Shown here: piece by piece, positions 45,161-58,395 of the stretch
Position numbering within the stretch: position 1 is the stretch's first letter
How the letters are laid out: every line of letters begins with the position of its first letter
Assembly (NCBI RefSeq): GCF_009914755.1
Contig: NC_060938.1
Strand: one strand, 5' to 3'
DNA from: the human T2T-CHM13v2.0 reference genome, Homo sapiens
Length of the DNA stretch: 64,000 nucleotides
The notes under the pieces: model-generated
Told to the model about the DNA's origin: nothing
What the model saw: only the letters and a program-made list of their open reading frames with translations
Database searches by the model: none
Translations under genes and position numbers: made by a program

Positions 45161-45579
45161 CTATCGATGGGGCTCATAAAAGATCCCACCTTGCAGGGAG
45201 GTGGTGACCACGAATGAGATAGTGGACAGGATGTGCTCACCCAGAGCCTGCCGCGCTGTGAACTGAATGACAAAAGCTCTCATTCCCACTCCCTTTTTCT
45301 TGGCTGTGATGTGCCCACTCTGGCAGCATTCCTGGGCTCAGACACTGAGAAGCCAGCGTCAGGAAGCTGCTGCATGAGCAAAGGCAGGTGCGGGGAATTC
45401 CAAGGGGAGCTTGGCTTGGAGGCTCCTTATGTCCTCAGGCTAAAATGATTCTGGGAATGGGATTAATATGTGATGTCAAACCCAGGGTTGCTGGGTTTGC
45501 CCCCACCCTAGGCCCAGGGGCTGAAAAATGGATGTTGGAGGCTGGGATGAACACGAATGTGCAGCAACTATGTTGGGCA

Positions 45580-45955
45580 CACAGTGGCCACTGTGATGAG
45601 CCACCAAGATCCCCCTTTCTGGCTGGGGAACCCATCAACCCTCTCCCCAGTTGCTGAAGTGCCGCTGGATGATGGACTTCAGCTTGCCCCACTCTCTGGG
45701 AAAGGCCCTCCCTTCAGGGCAGCCCGTATCCAAAGTCCATCTCCTGGGGGGCCTTAAAGGCCTTTCCCTCTTGCCCCAGCTCTGGACAACTCTGAAAGTC
45801 AAACCCAACTTTATCAGTCTCTGTGGGCTTCATTGAGGACACTGTTGTGACATCATAGCCAAGTTATCCCCCTGCCCAATCCTGCTTCCTTTTCTTCCCC
45901 AAACAGGTATCCATTTCAAGAATATCCCCTAATAAACATCTGCACACTCGTCTCC
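45580..45955 (+). mobile_element. LTR16-like ERVL LTR forming the end of the copied 3' UTR
   Basis: GGACAACTCTGAA, CTGCCCAATCCTGCTTCCTT, CCCTAATAAACATCTGCACAC resemble LTR16A; ends abruptly at poly(A). Confidence 0.65.
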
Positions 45956-46159
45956 AAAAAAAAACAAACAAACAAACAAAAAAAAAGATAATAGGATAGT
46001 AAACTTGGGTTTATATCAAAAATATAAAAGATGAATTGATATTAAAACTATACATATATATACACAGACATGTTATTCATCATATTAATGAATTTCAAAA
46101 AATAACATCTCAATAGATACAGAAAAAGCATATAGTGAAATTTAATGCCAATTCTTGAT

Positions 46160-46428
46160 TTTTTTTTTCTTTTTTTGAGACGGAGTCTCTCTCTGTCGCC
46201 CAGGCTGGAGTGCAGTGGCGCGATCTCGGCTCACTGCAAGCTCCGCCTCCCGGGTTCACGCCATTCTCCTGTGCCCGCCATCACGCCCCCGGCTTATTTT
46301 TCGTATTTTTAGTAGAGATGGGGTTTCACCGTGTTAGCCAGAACGGTCTCGATCTCCTGACCTCGTGATCCACCCGCCTCAGCCTCCCAAAGTGCTGGGA
46401 TTACAGGCGTGAGCCACCGCACCCAGCC
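46160..46428 (-). mobile_element. AluY with about 30-bp internal deletion
   Basis: GCAAGCTCCGCCTCCCGGGTTCACGCCATTCTCC; CpGs retained. Confidence 0.93.
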
Positions 46429-46431
46429 TTG

Positions 46432-46667
46432 ATTTTTTTTTTTTTAATTTAAGTTCTGGGATACATGTGCGGAACGTGCAGGTTTGTTACATAGGTATAC
46501 AAGTGCCATGGTGGTTTGCTGCACCTATCAACCTGTCATCTAGGTTTTAAGCCCCACATGCATTAGGTATTTGTCCTAATGCTCTGCCTCCAGTTGTCCC
46601 CCCCACCTCCGCCCCCGACAGGCCCCCAGTATGTGATGTTCCCCTCCCTGTGTCCATGTGTTCTCAT
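46432..46667 (-). mobile_element. L1PA 3'-end fragment (about 235 bp)
   Basis: TTTAAGTTCTGGGATACATGTGC...GTGTCCATGTGTTCTCAT; TSD CAATTCTTGATTTTT at 46149-46163 and 46668-46682. Confidence 0.9.
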
Positions 46668-48282
46668 CAATTCTTGATTTTTAAAAAACTCATGATAAAC
46701 TAGACCAGATAAGAAATTCTTTAATCTGAGAAAGGATCTAACCCCTACGGCTATGATCAAATTAAGTGATAAAATATTGAAATCTTTCCCTTTGAGTTTC
46801 AGAACAAGACACTATCACCCCTGTAAGTCCTAGCCAGTGCATATGTCAGCAAAAAGAAATAAATGATATAAGGATTGGAACGGAAGAAATAATTACTATT
46901 TTCCACTGATGTCATTATCTTTGTGGATCCTTAAAAATCTACAAAGTTAGCAAGGTTGTTAGCTAGAAGATTAACATACAAAAAGCAATTTCATTTCTAT
47001 TGTTTCTACAAGTAATTTAAAAAACATAATTTTCAAAAGCTACTATTTACAATAGCAACAAAAACGATAAAATATGTAGGAAGAAATCCAACAAAAGAAG
47101 AAAAAAAGCTGTGTGCAATATAGAGTAGTAATTAAAAGTATGAACTTTATATCCAAGCACCTTGGGCTAGAATCTTGCCTCTACTATTTACTAGCTGTGT
47201 GATCTACAGTGAGTTGATTAACCTCTCTGTGCCTCAGTTTCCTATGTGCAATATTTCATAATAATAGGATCTACCTCAAAAGACTGCTGTAAAAACTGCA
47301 TACAAATAGAATGGGGGTTGGCATATAAGAAATACAGCGTAAGTGAAAACCAATGTGATTATGATGGTGACAGCAGTGTGATGGTTCAGAAAAAGAATTT
47401 TCTGAAATATCCAATGAAAAATATATTTATGAATAGGAAGACAATATTATTAAGATGTCAACTTTCCAGAAATTCATCTGTAAAGTCAATGTTAATCGAA
47501 ATCTGAACAGTTTCTGGTTTTTAACAAGCTAGTTTCTGGAATTATTATGAGAAAACAAAGAGCTGGAAATAATCAATACACTGCTAAAGACGAAAAATAA
47601 GGAGGGAGACTTGCCCTACTGGTATTAAGATTTTATGAGGACAGTGAGAAATTGGTGCAGAGACAGATTAAGTGACCAGTGAAACAACAGAAAACACAGG
47701 AGCAGAGGCAGCAAAGCAGAACAGCAGAGAAAAGAGGGCACATTCAATAAACAAAGCTGAAAATACTGATTGTCCATATGGAAAAGGTGAAACTGGGTTC
47801 TCACACACGCCCTATTCATAAATCAATTCTAGAAGAATTACAGATTTAATTTTCAAGAGCAAAACTGTAAATTTTATGAAGAAAATATAGGTAATAGGTC
47901 TCTGACTTTGGGGGTAATGAAGGGTTTCTTAAACAGGACACCAGCCCTCTAACTATGACAAAGATTCATAAATTTAACCAAACTAAATTTACTTATGTCT
48001 GAAAAGTCACTTGAAGAAAGTGAAAAGACAAGTCACAAGCTGGGAGAAGATATTTGTTAACTAGACCGAATATTTGTACTGAGAACACATATAAAGAACA
48101 CATTCAAATCAATAGAAGATGCAATCGAAAAATGGGTAAAAACCATGAACAGGTATGTCACAGAGGAGACTAGTAAATGTGAAGAGATAGGAGAGAGAAC
48201 TCATCATCCATCAGGGTAATACAAATCAAGCCGACAATGAGATATTAAACCCACTCAACCGGGAAAGATTAAGAAGTCTGGC

Positions 48283-48579
48283 GGCCGGGCGTGGTGGCTC
48301 ACGCCTGTAATCCCAGCACTTTCGGAGGCCGAGGCGGGCGGACCACGAGGTCAGGAGATGGAGACCATCTGGCTAACATGGTGAAACCCCGTCTCTACTA
48401 AAAATACAAAAAATTAGCCGGGCGTGGCGGCGGACCCCTGTAGTCCCAGCTACTCACTCACAGGAGGCCGAGGCAGGAGAACGGCGTGAACCCGGGAGGC
48501 GGAGCTTGCAGTGAGCCGAGATCGTGCCACTGCACTCCAGCCTGGGTGGCAGAGCGAGACTCTGTCTCAAAAAAAAAAA
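48283..48579 (+). mobile_element. AluY, CpG-rich
   Basis: TSD AAGAAGTCTGGC / AAGAAGCCTGGC. Confidence 0.95.
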
Positions 48580-48874
48580 GAAGCCTGGCAAGAGTTGGAG
48601 AGGATGCCCATCAACAGAATATACTGTTGGTGGGAATGTAAATTGATATGAATTATTGAAAATATCATTTGGCATTATGATATTCCAGCACTATCTAAGT
48701 AAACATTCGTGTACCTTACAACCTAGCAATTCCATTCCTAAGTACATATCCAGAGAAGCATTGCACATGGGCACTAGGAATTATGACACAAAAGTGTTCA
48801 TACAGTATTAATAAGAAGAGAAAAAGGAAACAAAGACAAACTGTGGTAAATCCATACAATGGAATGCTATACTA

Positions 48875-49205
48875 TTTTATTTTTTTAGAGACAGGATCTT
48901 CCTCTGTCACCCAAGCTGGAGAGCAGTGGCACGAGCATAGCTCACTGAAGCCTCAAACTCCTGCATCTTCAAACTCCTGCAGGCCTTGAACTCCTGGGCC
49001 CAAGCGATCCTCCCACCTCAGCCTCCACAGTAGCTAGGGCTATATGTATGTGCCACCACACCTGGCTAATTTTTATTTTGTATTTTTTGTAGAGATGGGG
49101 TCTTGCTTACTGCTTGGCGAGTCTTGAACTCCTGGCCTTGACAGGTCCTCCCGCCTTGGCCTCTCAAGGTGCTAGTATTATAGGCGTGAACCACTGTGCC
49201 CAGCC
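48875..49205 (-). mobile_element. AluJ with small internal duplication
   Basis: Reverse diverged Alu; AACTCCTG repeated three times near 48955-49000. Confidence 0.88.
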
Positions 49206-49386
49206 GCTAAACACATTTTAAATGAGTGAATTATAGATAAAACAAGGATAAATATTAGAAACACTATTGAGTGAAAAAAAGCAAGTCACAAAGACTACAT
49301 ACATTTGAAATTCTTTTTTACAAAGTTTAAAAACAAGGAAGATTAAACATTAGAGAAACATATAGGTATATATATGTATATGTGCA

Positions 49387-49685
49387 TTTTTTTTTTTTTT
49401 TTTTGAGATGGAGTCTTGCTCTGTCACCCAGGCTGGAGTGCAGTGGCGTGATCTTCGCTCACTGCAACCTCCGCCTCCAGGGTTCAAGCAACTTTCCTGC
49501 CTCAGCCTCCTGAGTAGCTGAGACTACAGGTGCATGCCACCAAGCCCAACTAATTTTTTCTATTTTTAGTAGAGACAGGGTTTCACTGTGTTAGCCAGAT
49601 GGTCTTGATCTCCTGACCTCGTGATCCACCCACCTCGGCCTCCCAAAGTGCTGGTATTACAGGCATGAGCCACCGCGCCCAGCCG
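49387..49685 (-). mobile_element. AluSc-like
   Basis: Poly(T) plus reverse dimer. Confidence 0.93.
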
Positions 49686-50513
49686 TGTGCATGTATTTTT
49701 AAAGCACGGGAATAATAAACACTCACTTCAGGATATTGGTTCCTATGGAAAAAGGCAGGAAGATAGGATGGAGGAGTGTGCGGGTATATGTGAGTTAATG
49801 GTAATATTGTAGTTCTCGGGTTGACTGCATTAATTTTATTGTTAAACACACTAACTTAAATAAAGCAGTCGCACATGGAAAAATTATGTTTAAAAAATTA
49901 ACTATACACATTTACAAATTTACATCTAGTTACAATCTGATTCATAGTATTACACCATAGTTTTAATTTATGCAAACTTAATATGCCATTTTGGAATAAT
50001 TTACCATAACATTTAACTTATTTATACAACCTGTTGGAAAGACTAGCATGTAAATACGGTTGAAAATAAGGAAGGAAAACAGTATACATTATTTCCATAA
50101 AGCTAATTTAAGCAAGTATGATGAACAGTTCCTTCAGTACTAAGAAACTGAAAAGATGTCATCAACAAAAAGCTAAAAGCACTGAAACCTATGTTTCTGT
50201 GAAACCTAAGGAATTCTAGCTAAGGAAATCTAGAAATGCACACCAACTTTATAAAAATAAAGAATAACATTATTATTCTATAATCCATTACAATGGAAAA
50301 CACACTGTGCCAGGGGCCAAGAACCCTGGGTCCTAATCCTATTCCATGCCCACATTCACCCCCAACAAGGTGTGAGGCCTTGCATGGGTCATTTATCCTC
50401 GCATGTGTAAAATAAGAGACTGTACCACATGCTCTTTGAGGCTCTTTTTATGGTGAAAATCTATGCATGACCCTACAAGAAACTGTTCTTATGAAGAATT
50501 AGCAAAATCATGA

Positions 50514-51152
<639 letters not shown>

Positions 51153-51689
51153 GCAATTTTCTTTTATAAGTATCATCATATGCAATTTAGTACTCAAATG
51201 CCTTCGGATGATGACAATGTCCACAAACTCTACGGAGAGAATGAAATATTAATACAGCATTGCCATCAGAATAGCTAAAATGCAAAAGCTGTGTTACACG
51301 TAGAGAGTTGCCAAGTGGTAGACAAATTTGCTTTTTGGTAGGTCACACTTGTTTTATGGTATAGCCTTTTCATGCAACTATACTGAGGCTAAAAAATCAT
51401 AATTTAAGCAGTAAGCATTTAATTCTATAATGTAAAATAACTTGAAACATAATGTAAATCTTAGAGAAATATTCAAACTGGCTAATATAGAAAAAGAAAG
51501 ATGAGCAACTGTTCAAAGTGAGTATTGCAATAGGCAGAAAATCACCAGGGAGACCCCATTTACATGCTCAAGTAACACTACACACATGCTCTCCAAAATT
51601 CTAGACTTTGGACATGCCAAACAGTCCCAGGCTTTTTTCTTTTTTTCACGTTCTCTCTAAAACCTCTGGGAAAATATATAGTCCTGTTA

Positions 51690-52130
51690 TATATCAAAAG
51701 ATAATCCCTCCCCCACAAAAAGTGAGGACAGGCCACAAGTGGGTAAAAATTTCTGTGACTCACACATAAGGAATAATTAGTACCCAGAATATGTAAAGAG
51801 CCCCTATAAATCATTTTAAAATAGACTATGCAATATTTTTTATGTGGGCCAATACATAAATAGGAAATTGACATTGAACAGGAAACCCAAAGGGCTAGGA
51901 GACATGATGAACTTTGTAAGTAATGAGAAAAATTAAAAATCACAATAAGATGCCATTTCACACCCATCAAATTGGCAAAAACTAGAGTTCAGTAACAAGT
52001 GCTGGTGAGTATATGGATAGAAAGGAATTCTGGTGCACTGAGGGTAATACTGTGAACTGGCCCAACCACTTGGGAAACAAGTCAACTGCTGATATGAATA
52101 CACTAAAGACCCTGCCACTCCACTCTAAAG
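51690..52130 (+). mobile_element. Old L1M 3' ORF2 fragment
   Basis: AAATCACAATAAGATGCCATTTCACACCCATCAAATTGGCAAAAA. Confidence 0.7.
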
Positions 52131-53961
52131 GGTAAACCTGCTTAATGTGGGCTGTATTTTAGCAAACCAATCCCTCCAATAGAGCTATGTCACTAAGAAA
52201 GCTGAAATTTCTATCTATTACTCTCTTGCACTTGGAGTCGAATTTTCAATTGATTCTGGAGGGGAAAAGAAGGTGCTGGTTATTGTGCCCCCTGGTGCCC
52301 CAACAGAATACTATACAGTAGGGAGAATAAATGAAAGACACATGGATCAATGTGGATAATTCCTAAGAATATAATAAGAGAAAAAGCAATATGCATTTAT
52401 ATAAGGTATAAAAATAAGCAAACCAATACTCTGTACTATTTAAGATATATAAATCCATGTCATAAAATATAAAGACATACACGAATGATTAAAAAAAAAT
52501 CAGGACAGTGATGATCTCTAGGGCAATCAGGCAGGGCTACCCAGGGGGCTTTAACCATGGCTAGAATGGAATATTTTGTTTCGTAACCTGGGAGGAACAT
52601 AAATGGACAAATTTTCTGACTTGAATATTTCATATATGCATCATACACACTTACATACCACACATACATCTATAAGAAAATAAGAAGCACAGCTGAAAAA
52701 GCCATGAGGGCTGCCTAAAATGTCTTGCCCTGTCACATTCAGGCTTTGTCAGCTGTTTTCCAGAACCTTCCGGAACACAGCCAGTGGGAAGGATTGGCCA
52801 TGCCTGGAGATAGATACTAAATGTGGTACTGACTTCTACAATTTTATTCTAAACAGGAGGAAAATCTATTAAACCACAGAATCAGGGAGAGTTAGAAAGA
52901 ATAAAGCAAAACAAACATCCAGGGAGTGGAATTAATATCAGCAAATCACAGAAAGACTTCTAGAGCTTACCTTTGCCAACATGAAAGGTAAATTATTGCT
53001 TTTTTTCTTTTTTAATAACAGTCTTTTCGTTAATTATCTCTGAAGGAAGATTCAATAACTGCTCTTGGTAATGCATTTCAACGTCTTATGAATCACTGGA
53101 AAGTTTAATTCGGTGGAAATTTTAAGTCAGTATATTATGACTACATATGGTATGAAGACACGGGGAAAGGAAATAGTCTACATTATTTCCTGATCCTCTA
53201 GTGTAAATCAGACACTCTGAATCATAACCATCATAACAGAAGATCTGTGTTGCCTCATTTAAAAGCATATATATTTGTAAACTTTCACATATTTTATTAA
53301 ACTGCTAATTTTTTTAAAACTTCTTACCCCTACTCTTCCCAGAAGAGAGGTATTCAAATGATAAACACTTCTTGGTGTGATGCATAAGCAGGACTCAAAA
53401 TCACTTTTTTATGTCTTGTATCGCCAGTGGAGAGAAACAAATGATGACTATGTTAACATTACATATCACTGCCATTTAGATTAGATATTTGGCCCTTATG
53501 ATCATTTTACTGCTTGTAACCTAAGGATAAAAAAGATGGTACAAAAGATAGGTGCTCACTAATTGAAATAATAGACATAATCTAGGAAAGTTACTCTAAA
53601 ATGAAAGCCTATCACAATTTCATCTGCATTCATCTGTAAAATGGCCCAAGTGGACTCATCCGTTTCTTGGGCCCAGCACGCACCAAGAAAATATCTGTTG
53701 AACTGAATTTAACTGACAATGGGAAAGAAACATGAAAAGAAGCTGGGGACCCCAAGCCAGGATACAGCAACCCACTAGCATGACTTTGTACACTGGGAAT
53801 GCCAGAAAACCTACATATCTTGAGAAATCTAAGGTCTTTCTTTGACTCTTCATTTCCCTGTAAGGTACAGGGACATAAATATATAATACAATATAAATAC
53901 ACAACATGGTGTGAAATATGATATGACATAATGGAATGTAACACAATACAGAATATAATAT

Positions 53962-54199
53962 GGGTTGAGTTATCCTTAATCCAGAATCTGAAATCTGAAA
54001 GCTCCAAAATCTGAAACTTTTTGATATTATACATGATATTCAAAGACAATGTTCATTGGAATGTATAAGATTTCAAATTTTCAGATTGGGCATGCTCAAC
54101 CAGTAAGTATAATGCAAATATTACAAAATCTAAAAAAAAAAATCCAAAATCCAAAACACTTCTGGTCTCATGCATTTCCGATAAGGGCTACTCACCCTG
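53962..54199. mobile_element. Tigger4a-like MITE
   Basis: Inverted termini GGTTGAGTTATCCTTAATCC...GGATAAGGGCTACTCACCCTG; internal AAATCTGAAA repeats. Confidence 0.8.
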
Positions 54200-56156
54200 T
54201 CATATAAAAGAAAGAGGTAGCACCCATGACTAACACAGCATCTTGCCCTGCCTACCTCTCAAATTTTGCTCAGACCTTGCTGCCTCTTGTTCGCTGCAAC
54301 CCAGCCACTCTGGTTTTCTTTTAGTTTCTCAGTCCCTCTAGGCTTATACCCATCTCAGACCCTTTGCAACTGCTTTTCCTCTTTCTGGATGGCTCTTCGT
54401 CATTTAGGTCTCAGTTCAAATGTCAGCCCTCAAAAACATCTTCCCTAACTTCCCAATTTTAAGCAACCCCTTCCCCATTCAAACGTTTTCTATAATTTAT
54501 TCTGTTTTACTTTTCTTGCAGTGTTTTATCTCTATCTGAAATTAACTTGCTTACTCAGTTATTATCTGTCTTCTCCCAAGGAAACTGTGAACTCCCTGAC
54601 AGCAGGGACCTTGTTTGCTGTGTTGGTGGCTCTATTCTCAGCATCCAGAATGGCCCCTGGTGTACAGAAGGTGCTCCAATAACCACTTTCCAGTAGATTA
54701 ATAAAAATATGCCAGCCCAATTTAAAATCCTTAATCTCAAGGCTTCCAAGAATATAACAAATGTGTTCCCTATTTTATCTAATTCATATTGGGTTTACTT
54801 AAAAATGGGGGAGGGCAGAGGAAAATAGAATACTTAGAATTAGATTATTAACACTTAAGATTAGATATTAGAGAGAGTTGATACCACTCAGAACACCACT
54901 GAACTAAATGCTGTTATTTAATTTACGTATTTTAATCATACTGATCTAAGCCATTCAAGACTAAAAATAAATCCTTTCACTATTTTTACTCTAGGCACTA
55001 ATTTAATTATATTCTGTTACTAAAGCTATTACATTATTTTCTATCCAAATTACCTTGTACTTTTCTAGCAATGATATTAGCTATCTCAATACGTCACAGG
55101 TATTCTTGTAGTATAAGAGATAGCAAGAGGTGAAACACAATGTGAACATATTACTGAATAAAATGCTTCTAAAATGTGGTTCCTTCTCTCAGCCAGAAAA
55201 AGGAGACACAACACATTAGGTCAGTCATTAGGAGGAAACAGCCCCATGAACAATGCCGCATCTGCGTTACACATGAATCTGGCTCTCCTACATGTCTAGT
55301 AGAATTTGAATAACTGTGTTTTACTGAATACACATTTAAAACAGAAAGCTACCCCTTACAAAACAAATTCAAGAAGCGTTCAAACACAATTTTGCTGGCA
55401 CAGTTTCAGAATCTAATTATAGTGAGATATTTTGTCTCAGATTTAAACCTCCTCATTTTTCAAGCTAACCTGTTGTAACTAATAGGTTTTAAAATAATGA
55501 ACAACCACAGAACTATAAAAAATATTCCACTTTCATAAAGCCAAAGATCATTCTGTCTGATATGGTTTCATTTTGAAAACTTCACGCATTTGAAAAAAAT
55601 TATATACTCCAGGAAGAAATGGTCATTTTCAGTGAAAGAAAATGTTACTGGGATACAGCTTTAGCACAAAAGTGAAATATACACTGCTAAGCAAAGGCTG
55701 TTTTGCTATTTGACGAATAGAGAACTTGTTTCCTTATAATGGGTAAAAGAGAAGGGGGGGGCAATTCTGGGTGTTTGCAAATGAAGAACACAAGAATGCA
55801 AAGTTTTAAAAATAGATCTGAGAAAATATTAGCACTTTAAATCAATGTTAATTTTGGACTACGTTCAAGAAACTACAAGAGATAAAACAGAACTATGGTA
55901 TCAGGGCATGTGAATAACCACAATTTATTATCTACCTTTAAGATCACTTCTTAGAAGTGCAGAACTTTGAAATGCATTAAAACTTTGGTTAAAGAAGCAT
56001 CTCAAACCACATCTATCATATGTACACAATGGAACAAAAACTCAGGCGCTAATGTGGCAAAAGGCATGGCATCAGATGGATTCCTTTTTTTTATATATTT
56101 ATACCCATATTTTATTAATTCTGTTCCTCTAGAGAACCCTAACACAAACATATCTG

Positions 56157-57090
56157 TTTTTTTAATTATTATTATACTTTAAGTTCTAGGTATATGTGCA
56201 CAACATGCAGGTTTGTTACATAGGTATACATGTGCCATGTTGGTTTGCTGCACCCATCAACTCGTCATTTACATTAGGTATTTATCCTAATGCTATCCCT
56301 CCCCCAGCACCCTACCCCCTGACCGGCCCTGGTGTGTGATGTTCCCCACCCTCTGTCCATGTGTTCTCATTGTTCAACTCCCATCTATGATTGAGAACAT
56401 GCAGTGTTTGGTTTTCTGTCCTTGTGAGTTTGCTTAGAATGATGGTTTCCAGCTTCATCCATGTCCCTGCAAAGGACATGAACTCATCCTTTTTTATGGC
56501 TGCACAGGATTCCATGGTGTATATGTGCCATATTTTCTTAATCTAGTCTATCATTGATGGACATATGGGTTAGTTCCAAGTCTTTACTATTGTGAATAGT
56601 GCCACAATAAACATACGTGTGCATGTGTTTTTATCGTAGAATGATTTATAATCGTTTGGGTATATATCCAGTAATGGGATGGCTGGGTCAAATGGTATTT
56701 CTAGTTCTAGATCCTTGAGGAATCGCCACACTGTCTTCCACAATGGTTGAACTAATTTACACTCCCACCAACAGTGTAAAATTGCTCCTATTTCTCCATG
56801 TCCTCTCCAGCATCTGTTGTTTCCTGACTTTTTAATGATCGCCATTCTAACTGGAGTGAGATGCTATCTCATGGTGGTTTTGATTTGCATTTCTCTGACG
56901 ACCAGTGATGATGAGCATTTTTGCATATGTCCGTTGGCTGCATAAATATCTTCTTTTGAGAAGTGTCTGTTCATATCCTTTGCCCACTTTTTGATGGGGT
57001 TGTTGTTTTCTTGTAAATTTCTTTAAGTTCTTTGTAGATTCTGGATATTAGCCCTTTGTCAGATGGGTAGATTGCAAAAATTTTCTCCCA
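56157..57090 (-). mobile_element. L1PA (PA6/7-like) 5'-truncated, about 930 bp
   Basis: TTATTATACTTTAAGTTCTAGG 3' end; ORF-track translations AIKKDEFMSFAGTWMKLETIILSKL and [18 protein letters not shown] are L1 ORF2 C-terminus. Confidence 0.96.
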
Positions 57091-58351
57091 GATGGGATCC
57101 TTTGTTGGGGGTGGTCACCTAGACCACCCCTCAGGTTTTGAGATTTATTAGTTTTTTCTATGCTCTTTGCTCAAAGTAAGTCACAAGTCAGCTTTGATTT
57201 GGGGAGTGAAGAAATAAATTCTTCCTCCTGCTGGGAAGAGAGCCAAGTCACTTTACACAGGTGCATGCACAGGGATGGAAGGAGCTGTGACCATCTCTGC
57301 AAACAATCTACCACTGTATCCTATGAGTACATGTGGTCCCTTTCTAGTGAAATGGGTCTGAATAATAAGGCTTGGAGGATTCACAGGAGATCTCTTAAGT
57401 CAATGAAGTCAATATGTGAGATATTTACTATAGTTACCATAAAAATTCCTCTCCTTACCCATGCACACGAAGCATGAAGACTTGTACTTTCTAGGTATAG
57501 AACAATGTTCCACATGTTAGGGAGAGATCTAGACCCAGTCCTAACCACCACTAAGAGAGAGACAGATCACATTGATGAAGAGTTGTACAGCAATGCTAGT
57601 CAGGTGGCACGTGCTTAGTGCAAAATGACAGGTATAGAGCCTACTGTCACAAGCATTGAAAAGAAGGGATACTCACTGAGGAATGAGCTGATCAAAACAC
57701 ATCTTTCAGGAGAGGACCCAGTCTCATGCTGAGGAAGGGACAGGGCTCACGGACCAGGGAACAGGGGAGAGGCCATCTCAAGAGTTATCATTTGCATAAG
57801 GGGATGTAGAAAATGCGCACAAAGTATTTAGGTAACTAGTTCATCTGGAGAGAAGTAACAGGAAAAAGAGCCTAAAAGAAGAGGAGGAGTCAGAGAGTAG
57901 CCAGCCTTGAGGACCGAGTTATGGAGTTTGGCCTTTAGCCTGTACATTTAGTTGGGAGGCCTAGACACTAAGTGATGAGAAGAGGGCTGACAGCAGAAAG
58001 ACACTGAATGAGGAAAGGGACTTGGTAATTGAATGGATTTAGAGCAAAGACGGAAAAGGAAAAATCAATGACTGCAAGAATGAAACAGAAAATCATGATA
58101 TCACTGACGAAACAGAAAGAACAACAAGGGATGAGGATGATGACTTTCACTTTAAATATGGTGAACTCAAGGTGACAACAAGCAATGTGAAACATTTTCA
58201 GCTATTTAAAGTGTGGGACTTTGGGAACATTAACCTCTCCAAGCTCAGTTTTCTTATCTGTAAAATAGAAATAGTAATACTGTACATCTCATAAGGTTAT
58301 CATGAGGATTACATGAAATACTGACAATGCCTGGCACTCATTAGAGCACTA

Positions 58352-58354
58352 AAA

Positions 58355-58393
<39 letters not shown>

Positions 58394-58395
58394 AT
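58352..58395. repeat. (TAAA)n microsatellite after a MIR remnant
   Basis: Direct reading. Confidence 0.9.
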
